Of a stretch of DNA of 64,000 nucleotides, positions 45,492 to 55,441 are shown piece after piece. The stretch lies in assembly GCA_017619735.1 (NCBI GenBank), contig JAFZRT010000015.1:64357-128356 (forward strand). Reading direction: 5' to 3'. The notes under the pieces were generated by a model that saw only the letters and a program-made list of their open reading frames with translations, was not told the DNA's origin and did not search any database. Every line of letters starts with the position of its first letter. The stretch's first letter is position 1. The translations under genes were made by a program, and so were the position numbers. The stretch is from Clostridia bacterium. Its GTDB lineage: Bacteria; Bacillota; Clostridia; Christensenellales; CAG-138.

Positions 45492-46613
45492 TCACTCCCT
45501 TATGAAGCCCTCCTCCGCGAAATAGCGGTGCAGGGTGCAGGTCATGCCCCCGTTGGAGAGCTTTCTGCGGCGGTCGGCCTTTTTGCCGTATATGCGCTCA
45601 AAATCCTTGTGGGACGTGATTATGTTTTTGTCCCAGTGCGGGAGCGAGTCGAAAACGCGGCGCATCTCGCGGTAGAGCTTTTCCGCTTCGCGCTTTTCCA
45701 TAAGGCGCTCGCCGTAGGGCGGATTGCAGACTATGATCCCGCTCTCACGCGAGGGGGCGAGATCGGAGACCGACCTGATCTCCCAGCTGAGGTTCACGCC
45801 GGCCTTTTTGGCGTGCTTTTTGCAGACGTCTATGGCGTGCGGGTCGATATCGCTGCCGCAGATATCGGGTGTGATATCGACGACGAGATCCCTCGCCTGC
45901 TCCCTCGCAAGAGCGAAAGGCCTGCCATCCGCGAATCTCCAGTTCTCAGCCGAGAAGGTCCTGCCCATGCCGGGCGCCATATTGCGCGCGATCATTGCTG
46001 CCTCGATGGGCATCGTGCCGGAGCCGCACATGGGATCGCAGAGCGGGATATCGCGCCTGTACCGAGCGAGAAGCACTATAGCGGCGCCGAGCGTTTCCGC
46101 TATCGGAGCGGCGACGTTCCAAGTCCTGTAGCCGCGGCGGGAGAGCCCCGCGCCGCAGCAGTCGAGCGCGACCGTGACCTCGTCCCGAAGGAGGCCGACC
46201 TCGACTATTATCTCGTCCCCGTTCTCCGGGAGGGAGTTCACGCGGTACGCCTCGAAAAGAGAATCGACGATCGCCTTTTTTGTGATGCTCTGGCAGTCGG
46301 ATACGGCGAAGAGCTTGCTCTTCGCGGATTTTCCGTTGACGTGGATGAAGTCGTTCCTGCCGATGAAATCCTTCCACCTTATTGCGCGGACGCCGGAGTA
46401 GAGCTCCTCGAATGTGACGGCGGTGAACTCGCCGACTATCATGAGCACGCGTTCGGCGGAGCGGAGCCAGAGGCAGGCGCGGGCCATGTCGAAATAATCG
46501 CCCGTGAAGACGATCCTTGCGTCGCTGACGGATTCGATATTCAGGCCCAGCGCGCGCAGCTCGTCGGCCGCGACGGATTCGAGACCCATTTTGCAGGTGA
46601 CCAAAAACCTCAT
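45492..46613 (-). CDS. THUMP-domain class I SAM-dependent RNA methyltransferase (RlmL/YpsC-like)
   Basis: 373 aa. N-terminal THUMP-like region, SAM-binding DPMCGSGT, and catalytic NPPYGERL. Confidence 0.85.
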   Translation of the reverse strand: MRFLVTCKMGLESVAADELRALGLNIESVSDARIVFTGDYFDMARACLWLRSAERVLMIVGEFTAVTFEELYSGVRAIRWKDFIGRNDFIHVNGKSAKSKLFAVSDCQSITKKAIVDSLFEAYRVNSLPENGDEIIVEVGLLRDEVTVALDCCGAGLSRRGYRTWNVAAPIAETLGAAIVLLARYRRDIPLCDPMCGSGTMPIEAAMIARNMAPGMGRTFSAENWRFADGRPFALAREQARDLVVDITPDICGSDIDPHAIDVCKKHAKKAGVNLSWEIRSVSDLAPSRESGIIVCNPPYGERLMEKREAEKLYREMRRVFDSLPHWDKNIITSHKDFERIYGKKADRRRKLSNGGMTCTLHRYFAEEGFIRE

Positions 46614-48373
46614 TCCGGATCCTCCCCGTTCATGTCCCCGGCGGCAAAGTCGTTCAAGACCGCGGTCACGATCCTGTTGATAGCGTTCATGATGCGCCTG
46701 TGCGTCACGCCGTAGCGCTCCGCTACGTCATCCCTCGCGGGGATGCCGCACTGGTTGCAGGCGAGATACTCGACTGCGGCGGAAAGCGCGGCGGACTGCT
46801 CGTTGGTGAGGCGTTTGAAAACGCCGCGGGTATTTGCGATGAAGCGCTCGACTATTGTCGCCGCGGTATTCATGACCTCGCCGCTGTAGAACTGGCCAGC
46901 CTTTTCCGCAAACCGCGGGAAAATGTCGCAGTACTGCTTGGGAATGCGAACGTCGGACAGGTCGATGATATTTACCCTTCCCTCGAGCAGAGAGCCGTCG
47001 ACGACGGCGAAGAAGGGCTCCGGCGCGCCCATGCGCTTCAAAATGCCCATTGCGTCGTTTACCACAGTGCGGCCTGCGTCGACGTCGGCCATGACCTCCC
47101 TGACGAGGTGCTGCGCACGGTTGTCGTTCGCGGCGCGCAGAAGGTTCAGCATCGCGTGGGTGATATTGAACTCGTGCAGAGTGAAAGCCCACCTGACGGT
47201 TTCGCGGAAGTCCTCGTCCGCGTCCCACTTGTACATTATCTGATCGGCGGTGAGCCCCTTGTTGTCAAGGAGCTTTTTCGCCATTTCGATTATCCTGTCG
47301 AACGGGAGCTGATACTGGATTATGGGCTTCTCCTTCGCGAAGCCGCCGCCCTCCAGCGCCTCCAGACAGCGGGCCCTGTGATACCTTGCGATAAAGTCCT
47401 TGCTGTCGATGCGCATGAGCTTATCGTATACGTCGGCCGCCTTCTTGTAACGGCCGAGGGCTATGAGCGATACCGCAAGGCGGTGATTGACGAGGGTGTC
47501 GTAGGGGAGCTGTTTCGCGAGCCGTTCGGCGAACCTCAGCGCGAGGTCGTAACAGCCGGTCTCGAGCAGAGCGCCGTTTATGCGCAAAAGCTCCTCCGGC
47601 AGCTCGGAATCGCATTTTTCGAGGCGCTTGCAGACGCGCTTTATTTCCAGCTCGTCGTTCTTCGCCCTTGCGAACATGAGCTTCAGTCCGAGCGCGCGCC
47701 AATGCTCCGGGTCTATCTCGAGCAGATGGTCGATATGCCTTTCGCCCTCCTCGTTCTCATGTGTGCAGAGGCAGGCCAGAGCGAGGTCGTAGAGCACCTG
47801 CTTATCGTCGGGCTCCTTATCGTTGAGCTCGCGCAGGAGACGCGCCGAGCCGTCGAAATCGCTGCGGTCGAAGCGCTCGTGCGCGAGGTCGAGCTTGTCT
47901 TCGAACTCCGCGACGGCCGCGTCCTCCAAAAGGGGCTCCTCGGGCCGCACGGAATCGATGTAATCGAGCGCGTCGAGTATGGCGTCGGTGCGGTCGGATA
48001 CCTCGTCCGTCATGTCGAGGAAACGGTTGAAGCAGCCCTTGGCGCCCTCGAATTCGCCCATGCCCATCAGGTTGAAGCCGACAATGCAGTATGCGTCGAG
48101 CTTGAACAGGTCGTCCGTATGCATGTATGGTATGAGAAGGCGGTTCGAGTCGTTGAACCGCGACATATCGGTCAGCACCTGCGCCGCGGCAAGGCGGGTT
48201 TCGGTATCCCCGCTGTCCCTTTTCAGCGCCTCATTGTACATGGCGATGGCGTTTACGGGATCATTTTGGGCGCGCTTCGCGTCCCCGCGCTTTGCGTAAA
48301 ACGCCGGGCCCTGTGGGAAGTGCAGTATCTTGCCTCCCATGCCGCTGTCGGATTTTCCCTTTATATCAGTCAT
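46610..48373 (-). CDS. TPR-repeat protein with an uncharacterised C-terminal domain
   Basis: I moved the start to MTDIKGKS (ATG 48373), 2 nt after the hslO stop. It has several TPR-like repeats (AIAMYNEALKRDSGDTETRLAAAQVL, YDLALACLCTHENEEGERHIDHLLEIDPEHWRAL). The C-terminal about 200 aa are unassigned. Confidence 0.6.
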   Translation of the reverse strand: MTDIKGKSDSGMGGKILHFPQGPAFYAKRGDAKRAQNDPVNAIAMYNEALKRDSGDTETRLAAAQVLTDMSRFNDSNRLLIPYMHTDDLFKLDAYCIVGFNLMGMGEFEGAKGCFNRFLDMTDEVSDRTDAILDALDYIDSVRPEEPLLEDAAVAEFEDKLDLAHERFDRSDFDGSARLLRELNDKEPDDKQVLYDLALACLCTHENEEGERHIDHLLEIDPEHWRALGLKLMFARAKNDELEIKRVCKRLEKCDSELPEELLRINGALLETGCYDLALRFAERLAKQLPYDTLVNHRLAVSLIALGRYKKAADVYDKLMRIDSKDFIARYHRARCLEALEGGGFAKEKPIIQYQLPFDRIIEMAKKLLDNKGLTADQIMYKWDADEDFRETVRWAFTLHEFNITHAMLNLLRAANDNRAQHLVREVMADVDAGRTVVNDAMGILKRMGAPEPFFAVVDGSLLEGRVNIIDLSDVRIPKQYCDIFPRFAEKAGQFYSGEVMNTAATIVERFIANTRGVFKRLTNEQSAALSAAVEYLACNQCGIPARDDVAERYGVTHRRIMNAINRIVTAVLNDFAAGDMNGEDPE

Positions 48374-49310
48374 CGGCTCCGCTCTCCTCCGCCGCCTCGT
48401 TGAGCAGCGAAACGAGCTCATCCTTCGTGAAATTATACGTCCTGTTGCAGAACCTGCATTTGAGCTCGGCTCCGCCGTCCTTTTCGATCATATCGGAAAG
48501 CTCCGCGCGCCCCAGAGATATGAGCGCGGATTCTATCTTCTGCCTGGAGCAGTCGCAGACGAAGGAGGGCTCGATGCTTTCGGTGATCTCCGGGCGGAGG
48601 CCGCCGAGAACAGAATCTATCGCCTCTTCGAGCGACGCGCCTTCCTCGAGCATGCGGGTGAGGCGGGTTATCTCCCCCGCCCTTTCCTCTATCGCCGCGA
48701 TATCGGCTTCGGGGCAGAAAGGGAGCGGCTGCAGCATGAGGCCGGAAGCCGCCCTGACGGCGCCCGTCGCGGGATCCACGCGCACGCCGAGATAAACGAG
48801 CGACGGCTGCTGCTCGCTGACGACGAAGTAGTTGGCGAAATCGTTCGCGATCTCACCGTCGGTGATGGCGCATCTGCCGACGTAGGGCTCCTTGAGCGAA
48901 AGGTCCCTTATCACGCGCAGTTCGCCGTTTTGGCCCACGGCGCCCGAAACGTCGAGCTTGCCGTTATCCTTGAGCGGGAGTTTGACGTCCGGCAGGTCTG
49001 CGTAGCCCTTGACCCTGCCGCCCTCCTTGCCGACCGCCACGAATCTGCCCGCGGCGCCGTCGCCGTCCAGTATCACGGTCAGGTTGTCGGAGGCGTTCTT
49101 GAGCTGTACGCTCATCATGGCGGTCTGCATGAGCAGGCGGCCCAAAGCCGCCGTGCAGACGTGCGAAAGCCCGTGCGCCTGCCTTGCGGCTTCGACGAGC
49201 TGTTTCCCGCTGATCGCGGTCATATTGACGCTGCCGTCGAGGAGCAGCCCCCTCAGCACCGTATCGCGTCCTCCGACGGTATTATATCCGTAAGATCCGT
49301 TGTCTGTCAT
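48366..49310 (-). CDS. hslO: Hsp33-family redox-regulated chaperone
   Basis: 314 aa. C-terminal zinc centre CDCS...CRFC (FVCDCSRQKIESAL...LKCRFCNRTY) is present. Confidence 0.9.
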   Translation of the reverse strand: MTDNGSYGYNTVGGRDTVLRGLLLDGSVNMTAISGKQLVEAARQAHGLSHVCTAALGRLLMQTAMMSVQLKNASDNLTVILDGDGAAGRFVAVGKEGGRVKGYADLPDVKLPLKDNGKLDVSGAVGQNGELRVIRDLSLKEPYVGRCAITDGEIANDFANYFVVSEQQPSLVYLGVRVDPATGAVRAASGLMLQPLPFCPEADIAAIEERAGEITRLTRMLEEGASLEEAIDSVLGGLRPEITESIEPSFVCDCSRQKIESALISLGRAELSDMIEKDGGAELKCRFCNRTYNFTKDELVSLLNEAAEESGADD

Positions 49311-50041
49311 ATTTTCCTCGCTGCGAATTGTATCCTTTCGTCCTCTTCCTTCGGGGCCTCCCCGGTCATGAAGGAATAAGCGGCGGGCTCGAAGCCCGTC
49401 TCGCGGAGCCAGGACGTGAGCTCCCTTACCGAATGGGCGCGCTGGATATGCGTTTCGTCGAACCGTTCATAGAGCGCGCCTTTCTTGACGAAGAAGGAGA
49501 GCTCCATCCTTATTAGCTTTGTCTTCTCGTCGTATGTATTCTGCCACAAATAGGCCCGTTCCTCACCGTTGTCCGTAAAGCAGTTGTTCCCGAGCACGCG
49601 GGAGAGCTTATACCGCGACGAAACGTCGAACAGGAGGAGCCCGCCGGGCTTCAGCGCGGAGTTCGCCGCGGTGAAGAAACTCATTGCGTCAGCGCGGCTC
49701 GTGAGGTAGTTCACGCCGTCGCAGCAGGATACCACGCAGTCTACCTTTTTATGGCAGGAGGCTGTGCGCATATCCATATTGACGAAGCGGAGACGGCTCG
49801 CCGGGACGCCCGCCTCCCTCTGCTTGCGTTCGGCGACCATGAGCATCTCGTCGGAAATGTCGGCGGCGGTCATGTTGAGCCCGCGGGAAGCGAGTCTTAT
49901 GCTCATCTCGCCTGTGCCGCAGGCGCATTCGAGCACGTCGGCGCCTTTCGGGATGAAGCGCATAAGGTAATCCGCCCAGCCGCCGCGGTCGACGTCCGAC
50001 ATGAAGCCGTCATATAAAGCTGCGAGTTTTTCGTACTGCAT
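49307..50041 (-). CDS. Class I SAM-dependent methyltransferase
   Basis: SAM motif VLECACGTGEMS. I prefer the start MQYEKLAALYDGFM (ATG 50041); the upstream in-frame ATGs (up to 50116) lack an obvious RBS, so the start is uncertain. Confidence 0.75.
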   Translation of the reverse strand: MQYEKLAALYDGFMSDVDRGGWADYLMRFIPKGADVLECACGTGEMSIRLASRGLNMTAADISDEMLMVAERKQREAGVPASRLRFVNMDMRTASCHKKVDCVVSCCDGVNYLTSRADAMSFFTAANSALKPGGLLLFDVSSRYKLSRVLGNNCFTDNGEERAYLWQNTYDEKTKLIRMELSFFVKKGALYERFDETHIQRAHSVRELTSWLRETGFEPAAYSFMTGEAPKEEDERIQFAARKI

Positions 50042-50125
50042 AAGCGGATTATAGTACATAAAATCGGCTTTGGCAACCGCGTTTTGATCGAAGCCGCAAA
50101 GCCGATAAGTTATCACAATGGGAAC

Positions 50126-51952
50126 TTACATGCGATAGATCTTGTATCTGCCGCGTCTTCTCGGGTTGCGGCGCCTCGTCCTGCTGGTGGCGAGGAGCCG
50201 TATCACTATCACGAGCGCTATTGCGAGAACGGCGATGAGTATCCAGAACAGCAGGCCGTCGCCGCCGCTCCTGTGCAGGTAAAGGCCGTTCGAGACGAGC
50301 TGGAAACCGGTGCCGTTCTCATAGAAGGTCCAGACCATGTTGTCCGTAACTTCGGAGGTGATGAGCTGATCCTCTTCGACTACGGGGACAGCCGCGAGGC
50401 TGCGGCCCTTCTTGACCGACTGGAGCGCGCGCCCCATGGAGACTATGACGTAGCTCTCCCCCGCTTCGGCCTTGTCGGCCAAAACGTAGGTGATATTGCC
50501 TTCCTCATCGGCGGTGCGCTTGTAAAGCTTGAGCTCGTAGCTGACGGCGGGCACCTTTGCGGAGCGGAAGACCTCTCCGTCGCAGAAGAGGTAATGCCAG
50601 TTGAGCTCCTTCATGGTGAACATGGTGTTCTGGTAATAGACCCAGACCGTGTACTCCGCGTCGCCGCCGTTCTTGCTGACCGTGAGGTTGCAGACGTCGC
50701 GGCTGTTGGAGGTATTGTCCTTTATTATGGACGATGGCGATTTCGTGTTGGCGGCGGAATCCGAGCCGACGGCGGAAGTCGCAATGAGGTCGCCCGTATA
50801 GAAGGGCTGACCGTTGCAGAGGAGCGTCGCGGTGCCGAGCTTATCGCCGATCGAGACGGGAGCCCTCGCCGCTTCGGGATCTATCACCGGCTCCTGCCAT
50901 GAGAAACTGCTCTCGGTGATGCCCTGCAGATCGGACAGCGCGCCCTTTATCTCGACCCCGGTGAGGTCGACCTCCGCGGAGACGACTCCGTTCGCGGGAT
51001 CGTTGGGATCGTAGCCCGTAGACTGTACGTTGAACGCGCCGGATACGTTGAAATGCGCCATATCGTACGTAACGTACTGCGCAAAGCCGAAATCGAACAG
51101 CAGCTTTGCATTATGGAAGCGGTAATACGGGCTCGTCACGTAGTTGTTGGGATCGCCGAACAGCACGGTGATCAGCGTGACGCCGTCCTTTTCCGCCGCC
51201 TCGACGAGGCAGTAGCCGGCGAAGTTGGTCTCGCCCGTTTTGCCGCCGATCGCGTACTTGTAGATATTGTCCTCCCAGTCGATATCGGGCTTCGTGAAGA
51301 GGAGCTTGTTGGAAGTCTGTATGGTCTTCGTGAATCGGCCGTTCGCCTCTACCACGGTGTATTCGAGGGTCTGGATTATCTCGCGGAAGGTCTCGTTGCC
51401 GAGGGCGTACTTCATCAGCAGGGCCATATCGTACGCGGTGGTGTAATGCTCGTCGTTGTGGAGACCGTGCGCATTGGTGTAATGCGTCTGGGTCATGTTG
51501 AGCTCTTCGGCCTTCTTGTTCATGAGCTCGACGAACGCCTCCATGGAGCCGCAGGTCGCGACGGCGAGGCATGCGCCGCAGTCGTTGCCGGAGCAGAGCA
51601 TGAGTCCGTAGAGCATATCGCGTATGGTCACTATATAGCCGTGCTTGAGGCCGAGGAGCGAGCTCTGGGAATAGAAGCCGTTCTCCGCCTCATAACCGCA
51701 CTGATACTGTCTGTCGAGGTTCTGACAATTCTCGAGGGCGACCACGCAGGTCATTATCTTGGTCGTGCTGGCGGGGTAGGCGCGGGTATAGGCGGCCTTC
51801 TCGTAAAGAACGGCGCCCGAATCCGCCTCCATCAGTATGATGTGCGGCGTGGTTATCGCGTCGAGCTGGGATTTGCTTGCGTAGCCCGCCGTCGGCAGCA
51901 TCGCCGTAAAAAGCACGACAAGACAAACAAAAAAGTATGTCAGTCTTTTCAC
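50126..51952 (-). CDS. D-alanyl-D-alanine carboxypeptidase (peptidase S11) with intact catalytic motifs, a long C-terminal extension and a C-terminal TM anchor
   Basis: Signal peptide. SxxK = STTK (51769-51758), SxN = SGND, and KTG = GGKTGET are all present. About 300 aa of unassigned sequence follow, then LLFWILIAVLAIALVIVIRLL and a basic tail. Confidence 0.85.
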   Translation of the reverse strand: MKRLTYFFVCLVVLFTAMLPTAGYASKSQLDAITTPHIILMEADSGAVLYEKAAYTRAYPASTTKIMTCVVALENCQNLDRQYQCGYEAENGFYSQSSLLGLKHGYIVTIRDMLYGLMLCSGNDCGACLAVATCGSMEAFVELMNKKAEELNMTQTHYTNAHGLHNDEHYTTAYDMALLMKYALGNETFREIIQTLEYTVVEANGRFTKTIQTSNKLLFTKPDIDWEDNIYKYAIGGKTGETNFAGYCLVEAAEKDGVTLITVLFGDPNNYVTSPYYRFHNAKLLFDFGFAQYVTYDMAHFNVSGAFNVQSTGYDPNDPANGVVSAEVDLTGVEIKGALSDLQGITESSFSWQEPVIDPEAARAPVSIGDKLGTATLLCNGQPFYTGDLIATSAVGSDSAANTKSPSSIIKDNTSNSRDVCNLTVSKNGGDAEYTVWVYYQNTMFTMKELNWHYLFCDGEVFRSAKVPAVSYELKLYKRTADEEGNITYVLADKAEAGESYVIVSMGRALQSVKKGRSLAAVPVVEEDQLITSEVTDNMVWTFYENGTGFQLVSNGLYLHRSGGDGLLFWILIAVLAIALVIVIRLLATSRTRRRNPRRRGRYKIYRM

Positions 51953-52069
51953 TGGAAATTGTCCCCCACCTTTAGGTTTACTTGTTATTTTAACACGTTT
52001 TTTGTCTTATGTACACCCCTTGTTTTCAAAAACTCATAATTATTGCATATTTATTTTTACTCCGGTATT

Positions 52070-52078
52070 TGTTATAAT
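52070..52078 (+). promoter_or_regulatory. Extended -10 promoter element candidate for the HMA-mnmA-deoC unit
   Basis: TGtTATAAT lies about 30 nt upstream of the ATG at 52107, in an AT-rich spacer. The -35 element is poor. Confidence 0.3.
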
Positions 52079-52106
52079 ATATGTACCGAAATAAGGAGGC
52101 TTTCCA

Positions 52107-53419
<1,313 letters not shown>

Positions 53420-53432
53420 AGGAGGAACGATC

Positions 53433-54092
53433 ATGGAAAACATTGCAAAATACATCGACCATACCCTGCTCAAGCCCGACGCGGGCATCGCGGCGATCGA
53501 CAGGATCTGCGCGGAGGCGATCGAGCACAATTTCGCCAGCGTCTGCGTTAACTCCTGCCACTGCGCCTACGTAGCCGAAGCTTTGAAGGGCAGCGGCGTC
53601 AAGACCTGCTGCGTGGTCGGGTTCCCTCTGGGCGCGGCAATGACGGAGGTCAAGGCCTTCGAGGCCGCCTGCTGCGTGGAGCGCGGCGCGGATGAGGTCG
53701 ATATGGTGATCAATATCGGCGCGGCCAAGGACGGCGACTGGCGCTTTGTCGAGAACGACATACGCGCGGTCGTACACGTGGCTCACGACGGCATCAACGG
53801 CCGCACAGCGCTCGTCAAGGTCATCATCGAGACCTGCCTGCTCACCGACGAGGAGAAGGTACACGCATGCGAGGCCGCGATGCGCGCGGGCGCCGATTAC
53901 GTGAAGACCTCGACCGGCTTCTCCACCGGAGGCGCCGTTCCCGAGGACGTAGCCCTTATGCGCTCCGTAGTCGGAGACGAGCTTGGGGTCAAGGCCTCCG
54001 GCGGAGTACGCACCCCCGAGGACGCGGAAAAGATGATCGCCGCGGGCGCTTCCCGCCTCGGCACATCGAACGGCGTCAAGCTGCTCGGATAA
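53433..54092 (+). CDS. deoC: Deoxyribose-phosphate aldolase
   Basis: 219 aa. [14 protein letters not shown], and the Schiff-base region VKTSTGF. Confidence 0.9.
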   Translation: MENIAKYIDHTLLKPDAGIAAIDRICAEAIEHNFASVCVNSCHCAYVAEALKGSGVKTCCVVGFPLGAAMTEVKAFEAACCVERGADEVDMVINIGAAKDGDWRFVENDIRAVVHVAHDGINGRTALVKVIIETCLLTDEEKVHACEAAMRAGADYVKTSTGFSTGGAVPEDVALMRSVVGDELGVKASGGVRTPEDAEKMIAAGASRLGTSNGVKLLG

Positions 54093-54109
54093 CTGAAAAG
54101 CGGTATCGG

Positions 54110-54135
54110 ACCGGCGCATTTTCGGATGCGCCGGT
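54110..54135 (+). terminator. Hairpin after deoC
   Basis: ACCGGCGCAT, loop tttcgg, ATGCGCCGGT (10 bp). The downstream T-run is weak (TTGCTG). Confidence 0.5.
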
Positions 54136-54270
54136 TTGCTGTAAAAATATATTTTCAAAACACGGAACCCACGGCGTCCACGATGCGTTATAATGTATGG
54201 CCGGCGGAGGGAACGACATCCGCCCGCCGGCAACGCTACGATCGGCTTAAAGCCGAGAAAGGAAGTTTAT

Positions 54271-55251
54271 ATGAAACGCATTATTACCGTCATCATCGCG
54301 GCGCTGCTCGCCGCAAGTCTCGCGGCCTGCACGGGTCCCGTCAAGCCCGCAGAGCCCACCGATAAGCCCGTGGAAACGGAGCAGGTCACCGACGCCCCCG
54401 CTACCGAAGAGCCCACAGAAGAGCCCACCGCGGAGCCCACCGCGGAGCCCGTTGTCGACAACGACTCCTATTATACGAAGCTCGAGGTCGGCATCCCCTA
54501 CGAGGCCGATATCGACCTTGACGGCGCTCCCGACACCATCGTCATAAACAACGTCCGCGAAGGCGAATACGATAACGATTACACCATCACCGTTACCAGG
54601 GCCTGCGCTCCCGACAAGCCCCTTAAGTACTCCATGACCCACTGCTACGACGTGTTTGCCTGGGTGCTCGACTGCGACAAGGATGACAACACGCTCGACG
54701 TCGTTTTCTCCTATGATTACGACAGCGACGACTGGACCTGCGCCGCTATCCGCATGAAGGCGGACGGCAGCGACCTCGTCAATTTCGAGGACTACATGGC
54801 GATCCCCGAGATCCCCGCGTCCTTCAGCGGCGAGCAGGGCTTCGTGACCTACACCCGCTTTGACATACTCGGCACTCACGATCTGAGCGCGTATTTCACG
54901 GTCGACGATTCCGGCTTCGTATTCGCAAAGGGCGGCGAAGGCCTCACCGGCCCCTTCAGCGTGTACTCCTACCCCGTATATGAGGGCGAGGATTACTCCA
55001 CGCTCACCCTTCTCAGGGAGATGGAGGTATACCCCGTTGACGAAAACGGCCAGCGCACCGGCACTCGTACGGTCCCCGTCGGCGATACCGTCACGCCCGT
55101 ACTGACCGACGGTGAGAGCTTTGCCGTCGTCAGACTCTCCGACGGCACCCTCGCCGAGATCGACGTCGAGGTGACCACAGGCGACGACTGGGGCATCTTC
55201 ATCAACGGCGTCAACCAGGACGAGTACGCCGAGATCCCCTATGCCGACTGA
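54271..55251 (+). CDS. Hypothetical lipoprotein with a Pro/Glu/Thr-rich linker
   Basis: I moved the start to MKRIITVIIAALLAASLAAC (ATG 54271, a lipobox). A low-complexity linker EEPTEEPTAEPTAEP is followed by an Asp-rich beta-looking domain. Confidence 0.6.
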   Translation: MKRIITVIIAALLAASLAACTGPVKPAEPTDKPVETEQVTDAPATEEPTEEPTAEPTAEPVVDNDSYYTKLEVGIPYEADIDLDGAPDTIVINNVREGEYDNDYTITVTRACAPDKPLKYSMTHCYDVFAWVLDCDKDDNTLDVVFSYDYDSDDWTCAAIRMKADGSDLVNFEDYMAIPEIPASFSGEQGFVTYTRFDILGTHDLSAYFTVDDSGFVFAKGGEGLTGPFSVYSYPVYEGEDYSTLTLLREMEVYPVDENGQRTGTRTVPVGDTVTPVLTDGESFAVVRLSDGTLAEIDVEVTTGDDWGIFINGVNQDEYAEIPYAD

Positions 55252-55267
55252 CGAAAGGCATGAAACG

Positions 55268-55300
55268 GGCCCCCGCAGATGCGGGGGCCTTTAATATATG
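55268..55300 (+). terminator. Intrinsic terminator after the lipoprotein gene
   Basis: GGCCCCCGC, loop agat, GCGGGGGCC, followed by TTTAATATATGTTTTT. Confidence 0.6.
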
Positions 55301-55441
55301 TTTTTCCGTTTGTATTAGTCTATTGAAATGACGGGCCGTCTCGTATAAAATATAGACAAATGCAGCGATATGGGACGGTATTTGATCTTGACGACGGTTA
55401 TTAAGAGAATTGGCGCTTTTTTATCGAGGAAGGACGTTGAC

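Noticed and set aside
54340-54460. Short tandem repeats in the DNA (…gaagagcccacagaagagcccaccgcggagcccaccgcggagccc…).
   Set aside because: They are the in-frame coding sequence of a Pro/Glu/Thr-rich lipoprotein linker (EEPTEEPTAEPTAEP). They are neither a CRISPR array nor a non-coding repeat element.
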